Source: Candidatus Margulisiibacteriota bacterium (GTDB taxonomy: Bacteria > Margulisbacteria > WOR-1 > O2-12-FULL-45-9). Taken from it: DNA of 26,069 bases. Shown piece after piece: positions 16,204 to 25,944 of this stretch. A model generated the notes under the pieces. It had not been told where the DNA came from. It saw only the letters and a list, made by a program, of their open reading frames with translations, and made no database searches. The stretch spans positions 1 through 26,069 of the forward strand of contig JBDRHP010000060.1 in the NCBI GenBank assembly GCA_043816785.1, in the 5' to 3' direction. Every line of letters starts with the position of its first letter. Position 1 is the stretch's first letter. The position numbers were made by a program, and so were the translations under genes.

Positions 16204-17208
16204 ATGAGAAAATATATTTTATTCTTCATTATAATGTTGACCGGCAGCGTGTTGATTTTTGGTTGCACGACAACTTCTGTGGCTCCTACGACCACAACGA
16301 CTCCCGGTTCGACAACTACCACCACTGCCGGAGGAAGCGGGCCAACGGCTAAGCCGGATTCGACAGTCAGGCTATGTTTTATTCATCATTCCAGCGGAGG
16401 GAATTGGCTGGTAAACAGTTCCGATGATCCGACTGTTGGCGGGGACCTCGGCTTAAATTTGAACGCAAATAATTATTACGCAACAGAAACAGATTATGAC
16501 TGGGAAGCCCAGCCTGGGGATGCCTTGGGTTATAACACTGATCTTGGTTTCTGGACCGCCTGGTTTAATACAGCCAAGATGCCCTATGTCTACGCGAATA
16601 ATTCTCATTACTATTATACCAACACAATTAGTGATCCTGGCGGAGAAAACCAGATTGTAATATTTAAGTCGTGTTTTCCCAACAGCAACTTGTATGGCAA
16701 TCCGACTGACGCGGCTGCCACTGGCGCCACCAATCCTATTGAGGGACAAAATGCCGGGATTGGGGCTGGACAGTCCGCGGATTATACTGTGGCAAATGCC
16801 AAGTGGGTTTATAATACACTCCTGGCATATTTTGCCACAAAAACCAATAAGCTGTTTGTGGTTGTTACGGCACCTCCTTTAACTTCGGGCAATTACGCGG
16901 GATCTAACGCGGCAAATGCCAGGGCTTTTAATAATTGGCTGGTGAGCGATTGGTTGAGCGGTTATTCGCACAATAATGTGGTGGTGTTTGATTTCTTCAA
17001 TGTTTTAACCGGCGCGGATAATCATCATCGATGGTCTGTTAGCGCTGTGCAGCATTACACAGCTCCCGGGAGTTCCAATGCCGCGTATTATCCCACCGCT
17101 TCTGACGGAAGCGATGATCATCCCAATTCAAGCGGCAATCAAAAAGCGACCGCTGAATTTGTGCCGCTTTTAAATTATTATTACAATAGGTGGCAAGGTC
17201 TCATTTAA
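16204..17208 (+). CDS. Putative lipoprotein with Thr-rich linker and possible SGNH-like hydrolase domain
   Basis: Lipobox LIFGC, TTTTTPGSTTTTT, FIHHSSG, FKSCFP, VVTAPP, DDHP near the C-terminus. Confidence 0.65.
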   Translation: MRKYILFFIIMLTGSVLIFGCTTTSVAPTTTTTPGSTTTTTAGGSGPTAKPDSTVRLCFIHHSSGGNWLVNSSDDPTVGGDLGLNLNANNYYATETDYDWEAQPGDALGYNTDLGFWTAWFNTAKMPYVYANNSHYYYTNTISDPGGENQIVIFKSCFPNSNLYGNPTDAAATGATNPIEGQNAGIGAGQSADYTVANAKWVYNTLLAYFATKTNKLFVVVTAPPLTSGNYAGSNAANARAFNNWLVSDWLSGYSHNNVVVFDFFNVLTGADNHHRWSVSAVQHYTAPGSSNAAYYPTASDGSDDHPNSSGNQKATAEFVPLLNYYYNRWQGLI

Positions 17209-17210
17209 TT

Positions 17211-19187
17211 ATGCAAAAGCTTAAATTCCTGTTTGGTACTCACTGCCACCAGCCGGTTGGCAATTTTGAGCATATTTTTTCTGAGGCTTATGAACGCGCC
17301 TACCTGCCTTTTTTAGAAACAATGGCCAAACATCCCCGGATCAAGTTCGCTGTCCATTATAGCGGAGTACTCTATGATTGGTTCAAGAAAAACCGCCCTG
17401 AGATCTATGATCTTTTGAGAAAACTTGTTAAAAGAGGGCAGATCGAGATACTTTCCGGAGGCTATTACGAGCCGATCCTTTCTGTGATCCCTGATGAGGA
17501 CAAGTTTGGCCAGATCGAAATGTCCAATCAATTTATCAAAGAAAATTTTTTGCGGGCGCCTCAGGGTCTCTGGTTAACTGAGCATGTCTGGGAGCCGAGT
17601 TTGCCTAAAGTCCTGGCAAGATCCGGGATAGAATACACGCTGGTTGACGATGACAATTTTATTCGCGCCAACGTAGATCCGGATAAGCTGTTTGGCTACT
17701 ACCTGACTGAAGATGAGGGTGAAATTGTTAAGTTGTTCCCGATTAGTCGCCGGCTGCGGGAACTGATCCCTTTTCGCTCTCCGGAGAAGGTTATTGCCTA
17801 CCTCAAGTCAATTCCCAATCCAGATGGCAATGCCGCGGTGGTTTTTTTTGATGATGGGGAAAAATTTGGTTTTAGGCCTGAAACCCATAAGCGGGTCTAT
17901 GAAGAAGGCTATCTGGAAAAATTGTTGACTTTATTGGAAGAAAATTCCAGCTGGCTTGAATTTACAAATTTTTCCGATTATCTGGACGAGTATGCTGCCC
18001 AGGGCAGGATCTATTTGCCGGCAACCTCATATTTTGAGATGATGAAATGGTCTCTGCCGGCTGAGTTTGATGCTGAGCGCGATGGTTTTTATAGGAATTT
18101 CTTTGTTAAATATCCGGAAGCAAATAATCTCCATAAAAAAATGCTAAATGTCAGCAGCCGCTTGAAAATCATATGTAAGGGCAAATCGTTGTTTGGCAAG
18201 CAGCCTAAAGCCGCGGAAATTGAGCGCGCCAGAAAAGAGCTTTATCAGGGACAGTGCAGCTGCGCTTACTGGCACGCCATGTTTGGCGGCCTTTATTTGA
18301 ATTACTTAAGGCATGGCGTTTACACGCATCTGATTAAGGCCGAGGTAGAGCTGGAACAGTTAAGTCGGGCTGGCAAGCCATTTGTTGAGCTGAGCTTAAC
18401 TGATATTGATAAGGACGGCCAGGATGAGGTTATCCTGGCTAATAACCTGCTCAATCTGTATTTTTCTCCGGCCAGGGGCGGGTCACTTTATGAACTGGAT
18501 TACAAGCCAAAGTTTTATAACCTGCTTAATACCCTGGCCAGGCGCGAGGAAAATTATCAAGATGGATTATCAAGATGTTCACTGATCGATCATTTTCTTT
18601 CCTCAACCACAGGCTTAGCGGAGTTTAGCGTCAGCGGTCAAGGCGAAGTCGGTGATTTTGTCGCTGGCAATTATCTTGTCATGCCCAGCCGAAAAGAATC
18701 CGAGGTTGGTTTAAGGCTTTCCCGGCAAGGCAGAGTGGAAGGCTCTTTGGTCAAGGTTGAGAAAACGATCTCGTTGTTTGCCAAGCAGTCGATCATTAAT
18801 ATTGAATATGAGGTTAGCAATCTTGGTGAGGAGCCTGATGAGTTCTGGTTTGGACCGGAATTTAATTTTAGCCTGCTGGCTGGCTATGCGGCTGATCGAT
18901 ATTATCAAATAGCAGGCCGAACTCTGGCAGAGCAAAATCTGGCCAGCAGCGGTGAGGAAGCGGAGGCTAGCTCGGTTAAACTCGTTGACGAAGGAAGCGG
19001 CTTTGATGTATCATTAACCATGAGCAAACCCGCGTTGCTCTGGCGTTTCCCGATTGAAACCATTTCTCAGTCGGAAAGCGGGGTGGAGAAGATGTACCAA
19101 AGTTCGGTTGTTTTGCCAACCTGGAAATTTAGGCTGGGGCCGAAGGCTTCCTGGTCCGTTAAGATTACGCTGCGAATTGAAGAATAA
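17211..19187 (+). CDS. GH57 alpha-amylase/4-alpha-glucanotransferase
   Basis: HCHQPVGN, GGYYEPIL, GLWLTE, DDGEKFG, YWHAMFGGLY; ATG 17211. Confidence 0.9.
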   Translation: MQKLKFLFGTHCHQPVGNFEHIFSEAYERAYLPFLETMAKHPRIKFAVHYSGVLYDWFKKNRPEIYDLLRKLVKRGQIEILSGGYYEPILSVIPDEDKFGQIEMSNQFIKENFLRAPQGLWLTEHVWEPSLPKVLARSGIEYTLVDDDNFIRANVDPDKLFGYYLTEDEGEIVKLFPISRRLRELIPFRSPEKVIAYLKSIPNPDGNAAVVFFDDGEKFGFRPETHKRVYEEGYLEKLLTLLEENSSWLEFTNFSDYLDEYAAQGRIYLPATSYFEMMKWSLPAEFDAERDGFYRNFFVKYPEANNLHKKMLNVSSRLKIICKGKSLFGKQPKAAEIERARKELYQGQCSCAYWHAMFGGLYLNYLRHGVYTHLIKAEVELEQLSRAGKPFVELSLTDIDKDGQDEVILANNLLNLYFSPARGGSLYELDYKPKFYNLLNTLARREENYQDGLSRCSLIDHFLSSTTGLAEFSVSGQGEVGDFVAGNYLVMPSRKESEVGLRLSRQGRVEGSLVKVEKTISLFAKQSIINIEYEVSNLGEEPDEFWFGPEFNFSLLAGYAADRYYQIAGRTLAEQNLASSGEEAEASSVKLVDEGSGFDVSLTMSKPALLWRFPIETISQSESGVEKMYQSSVVLPTWKFRLGPKASWSVKITLRIEE

Positions 19188-19202
19188 CTTTAAGGAGGAG
19201 TC

Positions 19203-20246
19203 ATGCCGGAACTGAGAAAAGATCCGATCTCTGAACGCTGGATGGTTATTTCCACTGAGCGAGGGAACAGACCCACGGACTTTAAAATGCCTGCGGTGGC
19301 TGAAGAATCTGTGGGCAGCGGCGGCGCCAAGTGTCCTTTTTGCGAAGGCAACGAAACCAAGACCCCTCCGGAAATAAAAGCCTGGCGTAAACCAGACACT
19401 TCTCCCAATACCCCTGGCTGGGATGTGCGTATTGTGCAGAATAAATTCCCGGCCTTGACCAACCAAGGCGATATTAACCGTACCGGCATGGGTGTATTTG
19501 ATATGATGAGCGGGATCGGCGCGCACGAGGTTATTATCGAAACCCCAGTCCATGAACACAATATCCCAGACATGACCGATGAACATGTTGAGAAAGTTCT
19601 TTGGGCCTACAAGCAGCGGATCCTTGATTTGTCTCAAGATAAAAGATTTCGTTATGTCTTAATTTTTAAGAATTACGGCAAATCGGCCGGAGCTTCCCTG
19701 GCTCATCCCCATTCACAATTGATTGCCACGCCGATTACCCCTCGCTACGTTAAGCTGGAGCTGTCGAATGCCCGAGAATATTTTATGGAGAAAGAGCGCT
19801 GTATTTTCTGCGATATTATCCGCCAGGAGCTCGGTTCTGGCGAGCGTGTGGTTTATGAAAACGAATATTTTGTAGCGATCGCGCCTTTTGCCTCCAGATT
19901 TCCTTTTGAGATCTGGGTGCTGCCGCGCCGCCATGAATACGCCTTTGAGATCATGCCGGACGAGGAGCGTCTGCTTTTAGCTAAGTGTTTAAAAGAAATC
20001 CTGAAAAGGCTTAAAGTTTGTTTGAACGATCCGCCGTATAATTATGTGGTGCATACTTCGCCTAACCCCATGGTGCGGCCGGGCAAGCCGGATTATTGGG
20101 GCACGATCCAGTATGATTTCCACTGGCATATTGAGATCATTCCCCGGTTAACGAAGATGGCTGGTTTTGAATGGGGTTCGGGCCTGTATATCAATCCAAC
20201 CTCTCCTGAACAAGCAGCCAAGTTCCTAAGAGATATCGCGGTCTAA
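19203..20246 (+). CDS. galT: Galactose-1-phosphate uridylyltransferase family (HIT) protein
   Basis: ELRKDP, CPFCEGNE, NKFPAL, FKNYG..AGASLAHPHSQ, HWHIEI. Confidence 0.9.
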   Translation: MPELRKDPISERWMVISTERGNRPTDFKMPAVAEESVGSGGAKCPFCEGNETKTPPEIKAWRKPDTSPNTPGWDVRIVQNKFPALTNQGDINRTGMGVFDMMSGIGAHEVIIETPVHEHNIPDMTDEHVEKVLWAYKQRILDLSQDKRFRYVLIFKNYGKSAGASLAHPHSQLIATPITPRYVKLELSNAREYFMEKERCIFCDIIRQELGSGERVVYENEYFVAIAPFASRFPFEIWVLPRRHEYAFEIMPDEERLLLAKCLKEILKRLKVCLNDPPYNYVVHTSPNPMVRPGKPDYWGTIQYDFHWHIEIIPRLTKMAGFEWGSGLYINPTSPEQAAKFLRDIAV

Positions 20247-20252
20247 ACACTG

Positions 20253-21548
20253 ATGAAGATCCTCTTTGTTGCCTCTGAAGTCGTGCCTTTTGCTAAAACG
20301 GGCGGGCTGGCTGACGTTGCTGGCGCTTTGCCCAAAGCCATCAAAAAGCTTGGCCATGATATCCGCATCTTTATGCTGCGCTATAAATGTGTTGATCCAA
20401 AACAAGATTTTCCGGTAAAGGTCTATTTCTATGAAAACCCCCGCTTTGCAAGTCGTGATGAATTATATTGTATTAATGGTAAAGATTATCCTGATAATTA
20501 CGAGGTTTTTTTAGGGTTTTGTCAGGCAGCCCTACCTTTGCTAAAAAATCTTGACTGGCGGCCTGACATAATTCACTGTAATGACTGGCAGTCCGGCCCG
20601 GTTATTCAATATCTGTGTGAGCAAAGAAAGTCTGATAATTTTTTTCTGCGGACAGCAGCTGTTTATTCAACCCATAACATTGCTTATCAGGGCAGTTTTC
20701 CTGGCAAAGAAATCGATAATTTTGCTAAAGCAGGTTTTGCCTGCGCTGATGTGATCAATACTGTTTCGCCGACTTATGCTCAGGAGATCCAGACTGAAGA
20801 ATACGGCGCCGGGCTGGAGGAGCTGCTTAAACAAAGGAGCAAGGATTTGTACGGGGTTTTGAATGGGGTTGATTACGAGATCTGGAATCCAGCTACGGAT
20901 AAAAACCTGGTTAAACGTTATAGTCGAATGACTTTGTCATTAAAAATAAATAACAAAGCTCCTTTGCAGCAAAGTATGGGGTTGCCGATTGATGAGAAAA
21001 CCCCATTGATTGGGATTGTTTCGCGGTTAGACGTGCTAAAAGGTTTTGATATTATTGCTGAGGCGATCGAGGGCCTTGTGCAATTGGATTGCCAATTATG
21101 TCTATTGGGTGCTGGCGACCCAAAATACCATGAACTATTTAAAGATCTGCGCCGCCAGCATCCAGATAAAATAGGGGTTAAGCTTGGTTTTGATGCTGCT
21201 TTGGCAGAGCAGATCTATGCGGGTTCGGATATGTTTCTGATGCCTTCTAAATATGAGCCCTGCGGTTTGGGCCAGCTGATCAGTTTTAAATACGGCACGA
21301 TCCCCATTGTCAGAAAAACCGGCGGGTTAGCTGATACTGTTCATGATAGCAAAGACGGTTTTGTTTTTGAAGAATACACTGGCCAGGCTTTGCTTGCAGC
21401 GATTAGGCGGGCGATTGAAGCGTACCAGGATAAAGCAACCTGGAAAAAAATGCAGGAGCAAGTTATGGCATATGATTATTCCTGGGATGCCTCGGCCAAG
21501 AAATATATTTCATTATATACAAAGGCCCTGGATAAGGTTATCAAGTAA
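20253..21548 (+). CDS. glgA: Glycogen synthase (GT5)
   Basis: SEVVPFAKTGGLADV, IHCNDWQ, TVSPTYA, NGVD, MPSKYEPCGL, KTGGLADTV. Confidence 0.93.
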   Translation: MKILFVASEVVPFAKTGGLADVAGALPKAIKKLGHDIRIFMLRYKCVDPKQDFPVKVYFYENPRFASRDELYCINGKDYPDNYEVFLGFCQAALPLLKNLDWRPDIIHCNDWQSGPVIQYLCEQRKSDNFFLRTAAVYSTHNIAYQGSFPGKEIDNFAKAGFACADVINTVSPTYAQEIQTEEYGAGLEELLKQRSKDLYGVLNGVDYEIWNPATDKNLVKRYSRMTLSLKINNKAPLQQSMGLPIDEKTPLIGIVSRLDVLKGFDIIAEAIEGLVQLDCQLCLLGAGDPKYHELFKDLRRQHPDKIGVKLGFDAALAEQIYAGSDMFLMPSKYEPCGLGQLISFKYGTIPIVRKTGGLADTVHDSKDGFVFEEYTGQALLAAIRRAIEAYQDKATWKKMQEQVMAYDYSWDASAKKYISLYTKALDKVIK

Positions 21549-21557
21549 TCCTCCAGA

Positions 21558-21683
21558 TGTCATGCCCGACTGACTTGTCCCCACGAAAATGGGGATCGGG
21601 CATCTATTCTGGATCCCCGCTTCCGCGGGGATGACAAATTCCCGCTGGAGTTTGCCCCTGCGAAAGCAGGGGCGGGAATGACA
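21558..21683. repeat. Cluster of three GTCAT/ATGAC-tailed hairpins, two with nested inner hairpins
   Basis: GTCATGCCCGA..TCGGGCAT; ATCCCCGC-TTCC-GCGGGGATGAC; ATTCCCGC..GCGGGAATGAC. Confidence 0.8.
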
Positions 21684-21751
21684 TACGCTTTCGAAATTAT
21701 TATTTTTGTGTTATCATTATAATCGTAATACATTAATTTGGGAGTGAATAA

Positions 21752-22711
21752 ATGAACAAATATCTTATTGCTTTCTTGGCCATTATTGTTACGGTTGTTG
21801 TTGGTTCAATAATAATTGTTGGTTGCCAGACAAATGTAACAACTGGAGATGTTACGACAACCTCAAGCACTACTACCACAACAGGGGCAGGCACTACTAC
21901 CACAACAGTAGCAGGCACTACTACCACAACAACTACCACCACTACGACAACCACGGTTTTGGGTATTTCCGGAACAATCACTGACTATGGAGGGGCTGAA
22001 CCCCAGCTTACGGTATTAGCTTTTTCTAATTGGGAAGATGACCCCACGGCGGAAACAAGTGCCAGCGTTTCCGGTACGCAAGCGAACTATAACTTAACCG
22101 TGGCAGCTCCTGGCAATTATTATGTTGTTGCTATTGACTTTGATCCGAATGGTGCCGGCGAACCTACTGTTGGCAGATACGCTGGTATATATGGCTATTC
22201 CGGGACTGACCCGATTGAGGCGGCGGGGAGTTCGGCAGCTTTGGTTCAGGTTGCTGCTGCCCAAGGTGCCTCAGTAACAGTTGCTTCAGTTGCCACGGCT
22301 AATTTTACCATGCATCCAATTATTGCTGGTACGCCTGACATCACTGGAACAGTTACTTGGACTACTGGGGAGGCCGGTTTAATTTTTGTGGGATTGATGA
22401 CAAGTGAAGCCGGTGAGGGGGGACCTGAAAATAGTGCTAGCGCAATCGTAGATGCCGGAACAACGACCTATGATTATTCTTTATCTGGCGTGTCAAATGG
22501 CACCTACTATATCCTTTCTATTTTGTATCCAGGAACCACAGAAGCAGGTGGTCCGCCACCTTCGGGGTCTCAGTGTGGAATATATTCTGATGGTTTACTT
22601 CCAGGGGCTTGGGGAGGATCTGGCACACCGCAGCCAGTTACTTTTGAAGGTACACCCTTAACTGGCCTTGATTTTCATTTAAATGATAGTTGGCCTGTTT
22701 TTGGGCCTTAA
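21752..22711 (+). CDS. Putative lipoprotein with long poly-Thr linker and two similar beta-sandwich domains
   Basis: GGGAG RBS; lipobox IIVGC; ISGTIT..PGNYYVVA..GIYG repeated as ITGTVT..NGTYYILS..GIYS. Confidence 0.75.
   Translation: MNKYLIAFLAIIVTVVVGSIIIVGCQTNVTTGDVTTTSSTTTTTGAGTTTTTVAGTTTTTTTTTTTTTVLGISGTITDYGGAEPQLTVLAFSNWEDDPTAETSASVSGTQANYNLTVAAPGNYYVVAIDFDPNGAGEPTVGRYAGIYGYSGTDPIEAAGSSAALVQVAAAQGASVTVASVATANFTMHPIIAGTPDITGTVTWTTGEAGLIFVGLMTSEAGEGGPENSASAIVDAGTTTYDYSLSGVSNGTYYILSILYPGTTEAGGPPPSGSQCGIYSDGLLPGAWGGSGTPQPVTFEGTPLTGLDFHLNDSWPVFGP
21867..21931 (+). repeat. Coding tandem repeat, 24-bp period
   Basis: GCACTACTACCACAACA at 21867, 21891 and 21915. Confidence 0.85.
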
Positions 22712-22736
22712 TCTCAAAAGGAAGCTTGATTTTTAG

Positions 22737-22764
22737 AAAAGGGAAGCGTTTTGCTTCCCTTTTT
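22737..22764 (+). terminator. Intrinsic terminator (possibly bidirectional)
   Basis: AAAA-GGGAAGC-GTTTT-GCTTCCC-TTTTT after the lipoprotein stop. Confidence 0.8.
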
Positions 22765-22846
22765 GTTTTATGGTAAAATCGTCCTGTTATCCCGCTTTAG
22801 CGGGATCCCGTAACACAAATTAATATAGAATAATAAGGAGAACGGG

Positions 22847-23593
22847 ATGTCAGGACATTCTAAATGGTCAACGATCAAGCATAAAAAAGGCAAAACTGAT
22901 GCTGCCCGCGGCAAAGTTTTTACTAAGATCATTCGCGAAATAACTTCAGCCGCAAAAATTGGCGGCGGCGACCCGCAAGCTAATCCTCGTTTGCGCTTAG
23001 CGATCGATAAAGCCAAAGAAGCCAATATGCCTAATGATAATATTGATAGGGCAATTGCCAAAGGCACTGGAGGCGGCGAGGGGATCACCTTAGATGAAGT
23101 TACCTATGAAGGGTATGGCCCGGCTGGGGTGGCGATCATGGTTGAAGCCATGACTGATAACAAACAACGAACCGTAGCTGAAATACGCAATCTTTTTGCT
23201 AAGGGCGGCGGCAATATGGGGTCAACTGGCTGCGTTTCTTATTTATTCAATAAAAAAGGCAGTCTGGTCTTTGAAAAGGCTGGAGTTGATGAGGAAGCGC
23301 TGACAATGGAAGCGATAGATGCCGGAGCTGAAGACATCCTGGCTGAAGAGAGCACTATCGAAATCGTTACCAGCCCGGATAATTACGAAAAGGTCAAAGA
23401 AGCGTTGAAGGCTAAGGGGTTTAAACCTTCATCAGCAGAAGTTACCATGGTACCGACAACTACAGTGAAAGTTACTGGCGAAGCTGCCAAGAAGCTGGTT
23501 AAACTTATCAACTTATTCGAAGAGCACGATGATGTGCAAAATGTCCATGCCAACTTTGATATCCCCGACGATATTCTTGAGCAGGAATCATGA
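22847..23593 (+). CDS. yebC: YebC/PmpR family protein
   Basis: MSGHSKWSTIKHKK, NPRLR, YEGYGPAGVA, DDVQNV. Confidence 0.96.
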   Translation: MSGHSKWSTIKHKKGKTDAARGKVFTKIIREITSAAKIGGGDPQANPRLRLAIDKAKEANMPNDNIDRAIAKGTGGGEGITLDEVTYEGYGPAGVAIMVEAMTDNKQRTVAEIRNLFAKGGGNMGSTGCVSYLFNKKGSLVFEKAGVDEEALTMEAIDAGAEDILAEESTIEIVTSPDNYEKVKEALKAKGFKPSSAEVTMVPTTTVKVTGEAAKKLVKLINLFEEHDDVQNVHANFDIPDDILEQES

Positions 23594-24303
23594 AACTAGC
23601 TGCTGATCTCCATGTTCACACGGTTTCTTCTGGCCACGCTTACTCAACAGTTGAAGAATATGTTGCCCAGGCCAAGAAGGTCGGCTTAAAAGGTATTGCG
23701 ATCACTGACCATGGGCCAGCCATGCCTGGCGCGCCTCATGCCTATCATTTTCAAAATCTGGGGATGATCCCGGCCAAGATGAATGGCGTCCGGATCTATC
23801 GCGGGATAGAGGCGAATGTGGTTGACGCCGAAGGCCGAACTGACTTGCCGGATGAATGGCTCACGCGCTTTGAGATAGTTTTCGTGGCCATGCACCCGCT
23901 CTGTGGGTATGATAATCAGGGTGAAGAAAAAAATACAGAGGTGCTTTTTAGGGCGATCGAAAAAAATCCTCAAATAAATCTTATTGCCCACCCGGGGAAT
24001 CCTAAGTATCCGATCAATGTCAAAGAAACAGTTGCCTTGGCAAAAGAGAAAGGCGTTATCCTTGAGATCAATAATAGCTCTTCTACCAGCCGGGCAGGCA
24101 GTTGGGATAAATGCCTGGCTTTTGCCAAAGAAATTAAGCGGCAGGACGCTAAAGTTGTCTTGACAACTGACTCACATATTTCTACTATGTTGGGGGTCTT
24201 TGATAAAGCGCTCAAGCTGATCAAAGAAGCAGGTTTAACTGAAAAGCACGTGGTAAATACTTCATTGGCCAAAATAGAAAAATACATAATAAAGGGTTCA
24301 TAA
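23590..24303 (+). CDS. PHP-domain phosphatase (YcdX-like)
   Basis: DLHVHT..SGHAYST, ITDHGP, GIEAN, AHPGN, EINNSS, DSH. Confidence 0.88.
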   Translation: MKLAADLHVHTVSSGHAYSTVEEYVAQAKKVGLKGIAITDHGPAMPGAPHAYHFQNLGMIPAKMNGVRIYRGIEANVVDAEGRTDLPDEWLTRFEIVFVAMHPLCGYDNQGEEKNTEVLFRAIEKNPQINLIAHPGNPKYPINVKETVALAKEKGVILEINNSSSTSRAGSWDKCLAFAKEIKRQDAKVVLTTDSHISTMLGVFDKALKLIKEAGLTEKHVVNTSLAKIEKYIIKGS

Positions 24304-25061
24304 TGTTAGCAAAACGAATAATTCCGTGTCTGGATGTAACCGAGGGCAGGGTAGTCAAGGGTGTAAAATTTGTTAATTTGCAGGATGCCGGGGATCCAGT
24401 AGAGTTAGCAGCTTACTATGATAAAGAAGGCGCTGATGAGTTGGTCTTCCTTGATATCACCGCTTCTTCAGATAAAAGATATATTATGCTGGATGTGGTC
24501 AAGCGGGTGGCAGAAAAGATCTATATTCCTTTTACAGTTGGCGGCGGGATCAATGATGTTGAAACCATGCGCCGCTTGCTGGCTGCTGGAGCTGATAAGG
24601 TTTCAGTTAACACCGCAGCAGTCAATAATCCAAATCTCATCATGCAGGGAGCAGAAAAGTTTGGCAGCCAGTGTATTGTCTTGGCAATTGACGCTAAAAA
24701 GATCGGTGATAATAAGTGGGAAGTTTATACTCATGGCGGCAGAACGCCCACTGGTTTGGATGCTGTTGAATGGGCGAAGCAAGGTGCCTCTTTGGGAGCG
24801 GGTGAAATACTCTTGACCAGCATGGACTGCGACGGTACAAAAAATGGCTATGAGTTGGAGCTGACCAGGGCTATTGCAGATGCGGTGGAGATCCCGGTGA
24901 TCGCTTCAGGCGGCGCTGGAACAACAGAACATATTTACGAGGCGTTTATTAAAGGCGAGGCTGATGCGGCTTTATTAGCGTCACTGCTCCATTATCGTGA
25001 GCTCACGATCAAAGAAATAAAGGAAGCCCTCATTGATAAAGGAATTACTGTTAGAAGATAA
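24303..25061 (+). CDS. hisF: Imidazole glycerol phosphate synthase cyclase subunit
   Basis: [42 protein letters not shown]. Confidence 0.97.
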   Translation: MLAKRIIPCLDVTEGRVVKGVKFVNLQDAGDPVELAAYYDKEGADELVFLDITASSDKRYIMLDVVKRVAEKIYIPFTVGGGINDVETMRRLLAAGADKVSVNTAAVNNPNLIMQGAEKFGSQCIVLAIDAKKIGDNKWEVYTHGGRTPTGLDAVEWAKQGASLGAGEILLTSMDCDGTKNGYELELTRAIADAVEIPVIASGGAGTTEHIYEAFIKGEADAALLASLLHYRELTIKEIKEALIDKGITVRR

Positions 25062-25869
25062 GAAGAAAGTCGAGCGTGCTTTGGCTAAGTATCTGCCGAA
25101 AAAGGGTAAATTAGCTTCTGCCATGCGTTATTCGGTTTTTGCCGGGGGAAAACGTTTTCGACCTTTTCTTTGCTTAGCAGCAGCCAGAGCGCTTGGAAAA
25201 AAATCAAAGTTAGTTTTGCCGCTTGCCTGTGCCATTGAGCTGATCCATACTTTTACCCTTATTCATGACGATCTGCCGGCAATGGATAACAGCGATTTCC
25301 GCAGAGGAAAACCGACTTGCCATAAAAAATATGGTGAAGCTACGGCAATCCTGGCAGGGGATGCCTTAAATACTTTGGCTTTCGAGGTCCTGGCCAAAGA
25401 GACAAAGAATTCCGTTGTTGTTTCAGAGATTGCCAATGCCTTGATGCAGGTTGTTATCGGTCAGGTAGCGGATATGGCCAGCGAAGGCAAAAAAATAAGC
25501 TTATCAGCCTTAAAATCGATCCATAAACAGAAAACCGCCGCACTGTTGCGGGCCTGTGTTCGCGCGACCGGTCAGTATTTAAAAGCGACGCCAAAACAGA
25601 TCAGGTCCCTGACCGCTTACGCAGAACATCTTGGCCTTGCCTTTCAGATCGCGGATGATATACTGGACGCTACTTCGACTCGGAAAAAAATAGGAAAACC
25701 GGTCAAAGCAGATATAAAAAAGGGTTTTCCTTATATAGTGGGATTGGAAAAATCTAGGAAGTTGGCTGAGCAGGAAAAGAAGAAAGCAATTGGCGTTTTA
25801 AGAATGTTTGGCAAAAAAGCTAATGCTTTAAGGGAAGTTGCTGAGTTTGTGGTTGATAGGAAGAAATAA
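25033..25869 (+). CDS. ispA: Polyprenyl (farnesyl/geranylgeranyl) diphosphate synthase
   Basis: [44 protein letters not shown]. Confidence 0.92.
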   Translation: MIKELLLEDKKKVERALAKYLPKKGKLASAMRYSVFAGGKRFRPFLCLAAARALGKKSKLVLPLACAIELIHTFTLIHDDLPAMDNSDFRRGKPTCHKKYGEATAILAGDALNTLAFEVLAKETKNSVVVSEIANALMQVVIGQVADMASEGKKISLSALKSIHKQKTAALLRACVRATGQYLKATPKQIRSLTAYAEHLGLAFQIADDILDATSTRKKIGKPVKADIKKGFPYIVGLEKSRKLAEQEKKKAIGVLRMFGKKANALREVAEFVVDRKK

Positions 25870-25882
25870 AGAGTGTTCCGAA

Positions 25883-25930
25883 TGCCCTCATCCCCGCTGG
25901 AGTAGAGGTCAACGCCCCCTTCTCCCAAAG
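25883..25930. repeat. Half of a palindromic repeat (TGCCCTCATCCC...CCCTTCTCCCAAAG), putative IS target
   Basis: Reverse-complement counterpart of 128-187. Confidence 0.65.
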
Positions 25931-25944
25931 GAGGGTGTCCAATA

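Noticed and set aside
19014..19637. Long antisense ORFs (207 aa, 127 aa) and other shadow ORFs in the track
   Set aside because: They lie opposite or within well-supported genes and show no motifs.
21558..21683. tRNA or other known ncRNA
   Set aside because: No cloverleaf, T-loop or CCA pattern; the structure is explained by repeated tailed hairpins.
21733..21981. Poly-Val minus-strand ORF
   Set aside because: Antisense artefact of the poly-Thr codons of the lipoprotein.
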